Part shown: positions 22,454 through 31,534 of the stretch, one piece after another
Layout: every line of letters begins with the position of its first letter
Numbering within the stretch: the first letter of the stretch is position 1
Assembly (NCBI GenBank): GCA_963828255.1
Contig: CAWHDZ010000040.1
Span: forward strand, 128,001 to 192,000
Source of the DNA: an uncultured delta proteobacterium
GTDB taxonomy: Bacteria > Myxococcota > Myxococcia > Myxococcales > Anaeromyxobacteraceae
Direction of reading: 5' to 3'
DNA: 64,000 nucleotides
Position numbers and translations under genes: made by a program
The notes under the pieces: generated by a model
The model's database searches: none
Seen by the model: the letters and a program-made list of their open reading frames with translations, nothing else
Told to the model about the DNA's origin: nothing

Positions 22454-24523
22454 TCAGGCGCCCTGGTCGAAGCGATCGAAGCGCATGGTGAAGACCGCCC
22501 GCCCCTGGGTCAGGGAGCGGAGCTCGGTGGCATACCCGAACATGCGGCGCAGGGGGGCCTCCCCCTCGATGACCTTCAGGGCGGCGCCGCGGTCGGAGAC
22601 GTCGAGCACCGAGCCCTGGCGCCGGTCGAGGCTCCCGATCACCTCGCCGAGGTACTCGGAGGGGAGGAGGACCTCGGTCCGCATGATGGGCTGGAGGATC
22701 ACCGGCCCGGCCCGGCTGGCGGCGTCGCGCACCGCGTCGGCCACCGCGACCTTGTAGGCGAATGGCTTCGAGGCCCCCTCCCTCCAGGTGGCCCCCGTCA
22801 GGGTGACCGCGACGTCCTGCAGCGGGTGGCCTTCCAGGACGCCGGTCTCCGCCGCCTCGCGGGCTCCGGCAGAGGCCATCTCCAGCGTCTCGCCACGCAT
22901 GAAGGGCAGGGCCCGGACCCCGTCGGTGAGCAGGAACCGGAACCCCGTGCCGCGGGGCAGGGGGGCGACCGCGACGCTGGCCTGGCCGAAGATCTCCTCG
23001 TCGTCGAGCGAGCGCTCGAAGCTCGCCTCTCCCTCGGCGGGGAGGGTCAGGGTCTCCCGGAGGAGGACCTGCGGCTCCCCGGTCCTGACCTCGAGGTGGA
23101 ACTCGCGCTTGAGCCGCTCGGCCACGATCTCCAGGTGCAGCTCCCCCATCCCCGAGATGAGCAGCTGCCCGGTGTCGGCGTTCTCGCCGAAGCGGAAGCT
23201 GGGGTCCTCGTCGGCGATGCGGGAGAGCGCGTCGAGGAGGAGCTCACGGTCGGAGAGGCTGCGCGCCTCGACCGCCGCCGAGATGACCGGCTCGTAGGCC
23301 GAGATGCGCTCGAGGACCAGCCCGTGACCCGGGGCGGTGAGCGTGTCCCCGGTCTTCACGTCCTTCAGCCCCATGACGGCGAAGATCTGGCCGGCCCCCA
23401 GCGCCGGCACGCGCCGCTTCTGGGAGGCGTGCATGAGCAGCACCCGTGAGACCCGCTCCTTCCGGCGCTGGCTCGCGTTCCAGACCTCGTCCCCCTCGGC
23501 GATGCGCCCGGTGTAGACGCGCACGAAGACGAAGCGGCGCAGCTCGTCGAGGAGGGAGACCTTGAAGGCGAGGGCGACGAGCGGCGCCTCGTCGGAGGGG
23601 GGAGGGACGGCCACGTCCAGCCCGGAGGCGTCGGTCCCGTGGGGAGGGGGAACGTCGAGCGGGGAGGGGAGCCAGTCGCAGACCGCGTCCAGGACCTGGG
23701 AGACCCCCTTGTTGCGGAGCGCCGAGCCGCAGAGGAGGGGCACGAACTTTCCGCCCAGGGTGGCCCGCCGCACCGCCTGACCCATGGCGTCGGGGTCGAG
23801 GTCGGCGTCCTCGAGGAGCGCCGTGGCCGCCCCCTCGTCGAGGTCGGCGAGGGTCTCCAGGAGCACCCGGCGGGCGTCCTCGCCGGCGGCCGAGATCCCC
23901 TGGCTCACGTCGAAGGCGCGCGGGTCGTCCTCGTCGGTGAAGGTGACGGTCCGTCGCGTCACAAGATCCTCGAGCCCCGTGAAGCCGGCCCCCTCGCCCA
24001 GGGGGCGGTGCACCGCGGCGGTCCGGTGGTCGGGGAAGTGGCTCCGCATGGAACGCAGCGTCTCCGCGAAGTCGGCGCCGACCCGGTCCATCTTGTTGGC
24101 GAGCGCGATGCGCGGGACCTGATAGCGGTCGGCCTGCCGCCAGACGGTCTCGCTCTGCGGCTCGACGCCGTTGACCGCGTCGAAGACCACCACCGCGCCG
24201 TCGAGGACGCGCAGGCTCCGCTCCACCTCCACCGTGAAGTCCACGTGGCCCGGGGTATCGATGAGGTGGATCTCCCGGCCGGACCACTCGAAGGTGCTCA
24301 CCGCCGAGGTGATGGTGATCCCGCGCTCCCGCTCCAGATCCATCCAGTCCATCACGGCAAGCCCGTCGTGGACCTCCCCCATCTTGTGGGTGCGACCGGC
24401 CGCGAAGAGGAAACGCTCGGAGAGCGTGGTCTTCCCCGCGTCGATGTGGGCCATGATCCCGATGTTCCGGATGGCGCGGATTCGCCGTACCGGTGCCGAT
24501 TCTCGCGTTGCCTCCCCGCCCAT
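22454..24523 (-). CDS. Elongation factor G paralog (stand-alone, EF-G2-like)
   Basis: IRNIGIMAHIDAGKTT, ERERGITI, DTPGHVDF, NKMD, GSAL, GMGELHLEI, MFGYATELRSLTQGRA; not in an rps/tuf operon. Confidence 0.92.
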   Translation of the reverse strand: MGGEATRESAPVRRIRAIRNIGIMAHIDAGKTTLSERFLFAAGRTHKMGEVHDGLAVMDWMDLERERGITITSAVSTFEWSGREIHLIDTPGHVDFTVEVERSLRVLDGAVVVFDAVNGVEPQSETVWRQADRYQVPRIALANKMDRVGADFAETLRSMRSHFPDHRTAAVHRPLGEGAGFTGLEDLVTRRTVTFTDEDDPRAFDVSQGISAAGEDARRVLLETLADLDEGAATALLEDADLDPDAMGQAVRRATLGGKFVPLLCGSALRNKGVSQVLDAVCDWLPSPLDVPPPHGTDASGLDVAVPPPSDEAPLVALAFKVSLLDELRRFVFVRVYTGRIAEGDEVWNASQRRKERVSRVLLMHASQKRRVPALGAGQIFAVMGLKDVKTGDTLTAPGHGLVLERISAYEPVISAAVEARSLSDRELLLDALSRIADEDPSFRFGENADTGQLLISGMGELHLEIVAERLKREFHLEVRTGEPQVLLRETLTLPAEGEASFERSLDDEEIFGQASVAVAPLPRGTGFRFLLTDGVRALPFMRGETLEMASAGAREAAETGVLEGHPLQDVAVTLTGATWREGASKPFAYKVAVADAVRDAASRAGPVILQPIMRTEVLLPSEYLGEVIGSLDRRQGSVLDVSDRGAALKVIEGEAPLRRMFGYATELRSLTQGRAVFTMRFDRFDQGA

Positions 24524-24531
24524 GAACGTGG

Positions 24532-24539
24532 AGTATACC
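24532..24539. promoter_or_regulatory. Overlapping bidirectional -10 elements
   Basis: agtatacc reads TATACT on minus (8 nt before EF-G ATG) and TATACC on plus in a 35-bp divergent gap. Confidence 0.55.
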
Positions 24540-24558
24540 CGGCCAGGAGGGTATCCCC

Positions 24559-26718
24559 ATGGCAGAGACACCGAGTTCCCCGCCGCATCCCTGGCGGTTC
24601 AACCGCATCGGAGGGCTCGATCAGGTCCAGCTCGACCGTCCCGACGACCTGCGCAACCTCGACCGGCTCGACCAGAAGCTCTGGGTGGCCCTGGCCTGTC
24701 CGACGAAGGGGCTCGAGATCGACCCGGCCACGCTGGCCCTTCTCGACACGGACAAGGACGGCCGCGTCCGGGCGCCCGAGGTGATCGCGGCGGTGAAGTT
24801 CGCCGACGCCCGGCTGAAGGACCTGGGCGACGTGGTGGCCGGCAAGGAGACCTTGCCGCTCGACGCCATCCGGGAGGACACGGCGGAGGGGAAGGCGCTG
24901 CTCGCCGCGGCCCGCCAGGTGCTCGTCGCCGCCGGCAAGCCCGACGCGAAGGAGGTCACGCTCGACGAGGTGGCCGACCTCACCAACGTCTTCGCGCACA
25001 CCCTCTTCAACGGCGACGGCGTCGTCGTCCCGGAGTCGGCGCCGGAGGGCGTCGTGCGCCAGGTGATCGTGGACGCCATGGACTGCGAGGGCGCGGCCGC
25101 CGACCGCAGCGGAAAGCCGGGGCTCGACCGGCCCAGGCTCGAGTCCTTCTACGCCGACCTCGCCGACTTCGACGCGTGGTGGAAGGAAGGGCGCGTTCCG
25201 GCGATCCAGGTGCTCGGCGACGCCACCCCGGCCGCCGCCGACGCGGTCCGGGCCGTCCAGGCCAAGGTGGAGGACTACTTCACCCGGGTGGGGCTCGCCG
25301 CAATCGACGAGCGCATGCCGCCCCTGCTGGCCCGCCCCGAGATCGAGATCGCGGCCATGGCCGGAAAGGACCTCTCCCCGGCCAGCGCCGAGGTGTCGTC
25401 CCTGCCCGTCGCGCGCATCGCGGCTGGCCGCCCCCTTCCGCTCTCCGACGGGCTGAATCCCGCCTGGGCCGGAGCGGTGGCCGCGCTGCAGAAGGACGCG
25501 GTGACCCCGCTCCTGGGCGCAGGCCGGGCCTCGCTCACGGCCGCGGAGTGGGAGGGCGTGAAGGCGTCGTTCGCCCCGTACGAGGCCTGGCTCGCGGCCC
25601 GGAAGGGCGCCCCGGTGGAGAAGCTGGGGGCCCCACGGGTGACCGCCCTGCTCGCCGGGACCGGCAAGGCCGACGTGGAGGCGCTCATCGCCGAGGACGA
25701 GGCCCGCAAGGACGAGGCCCGCGAGGTCCACGAGGTGGCGCGGATGGTGCGCTACCGGAGGGACCTCTTCCGGCTGCTCCGGAACTTCGTCAACTTCGCC
25801 GACTTCTACGACCCCCGCAGGCCGGCGGTCTTCCAGGCCGGCACCCTCTACCTCGACGGGAGGGCCTGCCACCTCTGCGTCAAGGTGAACGACCCGGCGG
25901 CCCACTCGGTCGTCGCCGTCCCCAGCCGGATGTTCATCGCCTACTGCGACTGCAGGCGGCCCGGCGGCGAGACCATGAAGATCGCCGCCTGTGTCACCCA
26001 GGGTGACTCCGACTTCCTGTCGGTGGGACGAAACGCGCTCTTCTACGACCGCAACGGCACGGACTGGGACGCCACCGTCACCAAGATCGTGGAGAACCCC
26101 ATCAGCCTGCGCCAGGCCTTCTGGTCGCCCTACAAGCGCTTCATCCGGGCCATCAGCGAGCAGGCGGCCAAGCTCGCCGCGGCCAAGGACAAGGAGAGCG
26201 AGGCCCGGCTCTCCCAGGTCGCCGACAGGACCACGGGCGCCGCCGTCGCGGCGAATCCGGTCAAGCCGGATCCCGTGGACGTCGGCAGGATGGTCGGCAT
26301 CATCGCGGCCCTGGGTGTCGGGGTTGGAGCCGTGGGCACCATCTTCGGCGCGGCCGTCTCCGGATTCGTCGGGCTCCAGCCCTGGTGGGCCAAGATCCTC
26401 GCGCTGGCCGGCATGGTGCTCGTCATCTCCGGCCCCGCCGTCGTCATCGCCTGGCTGAAGCTCCGGCAGCGAACGCTCGGGCCGGTGCTCGACGGCAACG
26501 GCTGGGCGGTGAACGGCCGGGTGGTCGTCAACATGCCGCTCGGCACGATGCTCACCGATCGGGCGGCGCTCCCGCCAGGGTCGAGCCGCTCCCTCCAGGA
26601 TCCCTACGTGGACGAGGCGGCGCGGAGCCGCCGGGCCATCGCCTGGTTCCTCGTCATCCTCACCGTGGGAGCCCTCGCCCTGGCCAGGTGGCAGCACTTC
26701 TGGCCGTTCAGGAGGTGA
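24559..26718 (+). CDS. Hypothetical membrane-anchored protein with EF-hand-like loop
   Basis: AGGAGG SD; 719 aa; DTDKDGRVRAPE loop; 2-3 C-terminal TM helices. Confidence 0.8.
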   Translation: MAETPSSPPHPWRFNRIGGLDQVQLDRPDDLRNLDRLDQKLWVALACPTKGLEIDPATLALLDTDKDGRVRAPEVIAAVKFADARLKDLGDVVAGKETLPLDAIREDTAEGKALLAAARQVLVAAGKPDAKEVTLDEVADLTNVFAHTLFNGDGVVVPESAPEGVVRQVIVDAMDCEGAAADRSGKPGLDRPRLESFYADLADFDAWWKEGRVPAIQVLGDATPAAADAVRAVQAKVEDYFTRVGLAAIDERMPPLLARPEIEIAAMAGKDLSPASAEVSSLPVARIAAGRPLPLSDGLNPAWAGAVAALQKDAVTPLLGAGRASLTAAEWEGVKASFAPYEAWLAARKGAPVEKLGAPRVTALLAGTGKADVEALIAEDEARKDEAREVHEVARMVRYRRDLFRLLRNFVNFADFYDPRRPAVFQAGTLYLDGRACHLCVKVNDPAAHSVVAVPSRMFIAYCDCRRPGGETMKIAACVTQGDSDFLSVGRNALFYDRNGTDWDATVTKIVENPISLRQAFWSPYKRFIRAISEQAAKLAAAKDKESEARLSQVADRTTGAAVAANPVKPDPVDVGRMVGIIAALGVGVGAVGTIFGAAVSGFVGLQPWWAKILALAGMVLVISGPAVVIAWLKLRQRTLGPVLDGNGWAVNGRVVVNMPLGTMLTDRAALPPGSSRSLQDPYVDEAARSRRAIAWFLVILTVGALALARWQHFWPFRR

Positions 26719-26745
26719 CGGCGCCGGGGTCGCCGGCGGCCAGGT

Positions 26746-27243
26746 TCACTCCGGGATGACGCGCTCGGTGACCCTGGCCCCGGTGGCGGGGTCCACGCCC
26801 TCGAGGTCCGCCCAGGCCACGCTGGGGATGAGCCCGCCACCCTCCTCGGCCTGCACGAAGATGCGCCGGAGGTGCGCCGGGCGGCCGGCGATGGTCAGGG
26901 AGGCGGCCGGGCAGCCGTCGCGGAGCGTGAGCTTCACCGGACGGTCCTTCTTGGCCTTCAGCACCACCACGAAGCCTCCGCCCGACGGGGCCGGGTCGGC
27001 GCTGAACCCGTAGGCGAGCAGCTTCTCGATGAAGTTGAGCCCTTCCCGGTGGCCGTCCTCCGCCAGCATGTGCCATTCCGCCGCCAGGGGCTCGTCGGGG
27101 TCGAGCGCCCCGTCGGCTCCACGACGGGCCAGGTAGACGACCTCGTTGGCGTTGGTGCTGCGGCCGATCCGGAAGAGCTCCGCGGCGCAGGGCGGGGTGG
27201 GCCCCGCCGACACGAGCAGCGCCAGGGTGAGTGTTCCGATCAT
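26746..27243 (-). CDS. Exported protein, DUF4833-like
   Basis: Signal peptide; LFRIGRSTNANEVVY, EGLNFIEKLLAYG, GVDPATGARVTERV. Confidence 0.7.
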   Translation of the reverse strand: MIGTLTLALLVSAGPTPPCAAELFRIGRSTNANEVVYLARRGADGALDPDEPLAAEWHMLAEDGHREGLNFIEKLLAYGFSADPAPSGGGFVVVLKAKKDRPVKLTLRDGCPAASLTIAGRPAHLRRIFVQAEEGGGLIPSVAWADLEGVDPATGARVTERVIPE

Positions 27244-27252
27244 CCGGAGGTG

Positions 27253-28059
27253 CTATCGGATCGCGGGGCCGGGCGCAACGACCGGGTGGTGCCCCACGCA
27301 GCCGCGCCCCTTGCCGACCGCATGCGCCCGGCGCAGCCCCTCGGTGAGGTACTCCTTGGCGCCCCGCACGGCCTCGCCGATGGGCTGGCCCCAGGCCAGG
27401 CGCGCGGCGATGGCAGCCGAGAGCGTGCAGCCCGTGCCGTGGGTGTGGGGCGTGTCGATCCGGGGGGCGGAGAGTTCCAGCGTCTCCCGCCCGTCGAAGA
27501 GGACGTCCACCGCCGCGCCGCCCCCCGTCAACCCGCCCCCCTTCACGAGCACCGCCGCGGGCCCGAGGGCCCGGAGCGCACGCGCGGCCTCCCGCATCCC
27601 GGCGACGTCCCGGACGGGGTGGCCGAGGAGGGCTTCCGCCTCGAGGAGGTTCGGGGTGATGACCGTGGCCAGCGGGAAGAGCAGTTCCACGTAGGCCCGC
27701 CGGGCCGAGGCATCCACCAGCGCATCCCCGCTGCGGGCCACCATGACCGGATCCACGACCAGCGGCCCGACCCGGTTGCGCCGGACCGCCCGGACGACCG
27801 CCTCGACGATGGCAGCGGTCCCGAGCATGCCGGTCTTCGCAGCGGCCACCGCCATGTCGGAGGCCACCGCGTCGATCTGGGCCTCGACGAGCGCCGGATC
27901 GACCGGCGCCCAGGCCCGGACGCCGGTCGAGTTCTGGGCCGTGATCGCCGTGATGGCTGTGGCGCCGTGGAGGCCGTGCGCCGCGAAGGCGTGCAGATCG
28001 GTCTGGATGCCGGCGCCGCCACCCGAGTCGGAGCCGGCGATGGAGAGGACGACCTTCAT
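27253..28059 (-). CDS. thiD: Hydroxymethylpyrimidine/phosphomethylpyrimidine kinase
   Basis: [48 protein letters not shown]. Confidence 0.95.
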   Translation of the reverse strand: MKVVLSIAGSDSGGGAGIQTDLHAFAAHGLHGATAITAITAQNSTGVRAWAPVDPALVEAQIDAVASDMAVAAAKTGMLGTAAIVEAVVRAVRRNRVGPLVVDPVMVARSGDALVDASARRAYVELLFPLATVITPNLLEAEALLGHPVRDVAGMREAARALRALGPAAVLVKGGGLTGGGAAVDVLFDGRETLELSAPRIDTPHTHGTGCTLSAAIAARLAWGQPIGEAVRGAKEYLTEGLRRAHAVGKGRGCVGHHPVVAPGPAIR

Positions 28060-29116
28060 GCCGCCGGTTCCTGCTGCGTCAGGCAGTGGAGGGTCCCGAG
28101 ACCCCACACCAGGTCGAGGGCGTGCACCCCCACGACCGGACGGTCGCGGAAGAGCTCTCCGAGGATCCCCAGCGCCTCGCGGTCCGCAGGATCGTTGAAG
28201 GTCGGCACCAGGACAGCGGCGGCGGCCACGTAGAAGTTGGCGTAGCTGGCCGGGAGGCGCTGGCCGCCGAAGGCCACCGGACGCGGCATGGGGAGGTCCA
28301 CCACCTCGGGGCGCGACCCGTCGGCGAGCCGGGCCGAGGCCAGCCGTTCCCGGTTCTCGGAGAGGGCGGCGTGGTTCGGGTCGGACGGGTCGTCCTCCCG
28401 CGCCAGTACGATGGTGGAGGCGGAGACGAAGCGGGCCAGGTCGTCCACGTGACCGTGGGTGTCGTCGCCGGCGATCCCCCTGCCCAGCCAGATGGTGCAG
28501 GGAGCGCCCAGCACCTCGCGGAAGACCGCCTCGTAGTCGGAGCGGCCGAAGCCGGGATTGCGCACCTGGACGGTGGGGTGGAGAAGGCACTCCTCGGTGG
28601 CCAGGATCGCGCCGGCCCCGTTCACGTCGATGGCGCCGCCCTCCAGCACCACGTCGCGCCCCCAGCGCCGCACCGGCAGGAGCGGCAGGCCGAGCCCGCT
28701 GGCGGCCCGAGCTGCGACCCGGGCGTCCCGGCGCCAGACGGCGTACTTGGACCACGCGTCGAAGCGGAACCCGGCCACGGCCCGGCCGGCGCCGTCGCGG
28801 ACGAAGATCGGTCCGGAGTCGCGCATCCAGGAGCGATCGGTGGGGATGCGCCGGAAGTCCACCCGGCCGAGGTCGGCGCCCTGCCGGAGGAGGTGGCGGC
28901 GGGCCCCGGCCTCGTGGGTGGCGTCGTTCACGAGCAGGCGGACGGTCTCACCCGCGGCGACCTTCTTCACGAGGTCGGCGAAGGCCCAGGGGATGGGCCG
29001 AAGCGCCCCGGCCAGTCCCCCGCGGCGTGGGGCCAGGCGATCCAGGTGGCCTCGTGGGGCTCCCACTCGGCGGGCATCGTGACCCCGCGGGGGGGGCCCT
29101 TTCGGTTCGCGGCCAC
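28056..29116 (-). pseudogene. aguA: Agmatine deiminase, frameshifted as sequenced (1-nt loss near 28995-28999; real lesion or sequencing error)
   Basis: N-terminal MPAEWEPHEATWIAWP...DWPGRFG is in a different frame from PIPWAF...[37 protein letters not shown]. Confidence 0.85.
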
Positions 29117-29123
29117 GGGGTCC

Positions 29124-30011
29124 TCAGTCGATGAAGCGTTCCTGGATCCCGGCGTAGGCGTCCACGCGCCGGTCGCGCAGGAAGGGCCAGTGGCGCCGAA
29201 CCTCCTCGATGCGGGCGACGTCCACCTCGCCCACCAGGATCTCCTCCCGGTCCGCGGACGCCTCGGCGATCACCTGGCCGAACGGGTCGCAGAGGAAGCT
29301 CGACCCCCAGAACTCGATCCCCGCCTGCCCGGCCTCCCCGGGCTCGAGCCCGACCCGGTTCACGGAACCCACGTAGACCCCGCTGGCGATGGCGTGGGAG
29401 CGCTGGATGGTGCGCCAGGCATCCCGCTGCGCCGCTCCGAAGTGCTCCTTCTCGGCGGGGTGCCAGCCGATGGCGGTGGGGAAGAGCAGGATGGCGGCCC
29501 CCTGGAGGGCGGTGAGTCGCGCGCCCTCCGGGAACCACTGGTCCCAGCAGATGAGGGTCCCGACCCGTCCGGCCGCGAGGTCGAAGGCCTGGAACCCCAG
29601 GTCACCCGGGGTGAAGTAGAACTTCTCGTAGAAGGCCGGGTCGTCGGGGATGTGCATCTTCCGGTAGATGCCCCGCAGCGATCCGTCGGCGTCGAGGAGC
29701 AGCGCGCTGTTGTGGTAGAGGCCGGGCGCTCGCCGCTCGAAGATGGGGACGACGATCCCCACCCCCAGCCTCCGGGCCAGCCCCTGGAAGCGGGTGCTGC
29801 TCGGGCCGGGGACGTCCTCCGCCAGGTCGAAGAAGGCGTGGTCCTCCCGCTGGCAGAAGTAGGGGGAGCGGTAGAGCTCCGGCAGGCAGACCACCTCGGC
29901 GCCGCGACGCGCCGCCGCCTCCACCCCGGCAGCGGCCCGCTCCTCGTTGTCGCGCGGGTCGGGGGACATCGCCATCTGGACGAGGCCGACCTGGAACTTG
30001 CCCTTCGACAT
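29124..30011 (-). CDS. aguB: Carbon-nitrogen hydrolase, N-carbamoylputrescine amidase-like
   Basis: CLPEL, YRKMHIPDDPAFYEKFYFTPGD, ICWDQWFPE; adjacent to agmatine deiminase. Confidence 0.85.
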   Translation of the reverse strand: MSKGKFQVGLVQMAMSPDPRDNEERAAAGVEAAARRGAEVVCLPELYRSPYFCQREDHAFFDLAEDVPGPSSTRFQGLARRLGVGIVVPIFERRAPGLYHNSALLLDADGSLRGIYRKMHIPDDPAFYEKFYFTPGDLGFQAFDLAAGRVGTLICWDQWFPEGARLTALQGAAILLFPTAIGWHPAEKEHFGAAQRDAWRTIQRSHAIASGVYVGSVNRVGLEPGEAGQAGIEFWGSSFLCDPFGQVIAEASADREEILVGEVDVARIEEVRRHWPFLRDRRVDAYAGIQERFID

Positions 30012-30073
30012 GGGGCGAGAGGATACGCGGAGAGGGGCCGGGAAGCACCCGGGAAGGGGCCGCCGGCCGCCGT

Positions 30074-30562
30074 TCAGGCCCCGCCCAGGGGTCCGTCACC
30101 CTCGTCGACCTGCCGCTGCCGCCGCGCCCGGCGGATGGCCGAGGGCAGGAACGCCTCCAGGCTCCCGACCGCCAGCGTCACCTCCCGCAGGAAGAGGCCG
30201 AGGGCGAAGGTGAGCGCGGCCATGGCGGCCACGAAGAGCCCGGCCACCCCCATGGCGAAGTTCACCTTGAGGAGGAATCCCAGGAAGGCGAAGCCGATGA
30301 CCAGCGTGACGAAGAGGGCCGCACCGGTGCCCATGGTGATGGCCCAGCGCACCAGCTCACCCCGCCGCCGCAGGATCTCCAGCTCGGCCGGGTCGTCGCC
30401 GTCCGGATCGACCCGACCCTCGAGGACGCGGGTCCGGTCCACGATCCGGGCCAGCCGGTTGGCGAAGACGTTGAGGAGCGCGGCCACCCCGCTGAGGAGG
30501 AAGGCCGGGGCCAGGGCGATCTGGATCACGCGGGCGATGTCCTGGACGTGGGATTCTTCCAT
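30074..30562 (-). CDS. DUF2721-like membrane protein
   Basis: IQIALAPAFLLSGVAALLNVFANRLARIVDRTR...FLREV; three TM helices. Confidence 0.75.
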   Translation of the reverse strand: MEESHVQDIARVIQIALAPAFLLSGVAALLNVFANRLARIVDRTRVLEGRVDPDGDDPAELEILRRRGELVRWAITMGTGAALFVTLVIGFAFLGFLLKVNFAMGVAGLFVAAMAALTFALGLFLREVTLAVGSLEAFLPSAIRRARRQRQVDEGDGPLGGA

Positions 30563-30570
30563 GGCTCCGT

Positions 30571-31473
30571 TCAGCGCTCGAAGACGAGAGGGAGGGTGAC
30601 GCGGGAGGGGGCGCGGCGCCGGGGAAACCGCCAGGCCGCGACGGTCGCGCGTGCCGCGGCCACCAGCCGGCGGCGCTCCCGTTCCGCGCTGGTGGGGGTC
30701 CGGGTGGTGTCGGAGAGGACCCGGGCGGAGAGCACCGTCCCCGAGGGTGTCACGCGGAACCCCAGTGACAGGAGGCCGGCCACCGGGAGGCGGCGGGCCA
30801 TCGGGAGGATGGCGCCGGAGAGGGCGTCGATGCGGGGAGTGAGCTCGGCGGGGTCGAGCGCCCCCTCCACGAAGGGGCGGGGGGAGACGAACCAGCCGTG
30901 GACGACCACGCGCCCCTCCCGCGGGTCGAGCGTCCCGCGCACCGTGCGGACCGCATGCGGCAGCCGCGGGTCGAAGGCCACCAGCCGATCGAAGCGGGGC
31001 TCGACCACGCGGAGGAGTTCCGGACGCTCGGCCTTGGCAGTGGACCGGAACCCGCTCCACCAGTCGAGGACGTCGTCGCGCAGGATCTCGGTCTCGCCTC
31101 CCCGGAAGGTGCGCCCCTTCCATCGGGTCAGGGAGTAGACGAAGGCCCAGGGGCCGTGGGGAAGGTCACCGTGAAGCTCCTGGCCGCAACCGTCCACGTA
31201 GACCGAGAGCCAGGGCGGGGAGACGTCGTGGCAGCCCAGCGTGCGCCGCCCCCACCAGACCAGCCGGGAGTGGAAGCGTTCGTAGACCCCAGGCGGGAAG
31301 AAGGTCCAGGCCGGGGTCCTGAGCGCCGTGTACTGCCCGGGAACGTGCCAGAAGTCCCAGACGAACCGCTCCGGGGAGGCGACGCGGGGATCGGCGAAGC
31401 GGGTGTCGAGGTGGGCCCGGAGGGCGCGTCCCTCGGGAGCGAATCGATCGACGATGGCGAGCGAGCGGACCAG
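30571..31473 (-). CDS. 2OG-Fe(II) oxygenase family protein (start uncertain: CTG 31473 or GTG 31491)
   Basis: HGD (HxD), [28 protein letters not shown]; short C-terminal TonB-C-like alpha/beta domain. Confidence 0.75.
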   Translation of the reverse strand: MVRSLAIVDRFAPEGRALRAHLDTRFADPRVASPERFVWDFWHVPGQYTALRTPAWTFFPPGVYERFHSRLVWWGRRTLGCHDVSPPWLSVYVDGCGQELHGDLPHGPWAFVYSLTRWKGRTFRGGETEILRDDVLDWWSGFRSTAKAERPELLRVVEPRFDRLVAFDPRLPHAVRTVRGTLDPREGRVVVHGWFVSPRPFVEGALDPAELTPRIDALSGAILPMARRLPVAGLLSLGFRVTPSGTVLSARVLSDTTRTPTSAERERRRLVAAARATVAAWRFPRRRAPSRVTLPLVFER

Positions 31474-31496
31474 TGGCGACGAGCCTAGCACGGCGG

Positions 31497-31524
31497 TTGA
31501 CTTCCACCCCGTCCCGGCTATTCC
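31497..31524 (+). promoter_or_regulatory. Putative sigma70 promoter for ilvD
   Basis: TTGACT-N16-TATTCC, 10 nt upstream of ATG 31535. Confidence 0.55.
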
Positions 31525-31534
31525 CTCTGGCACC

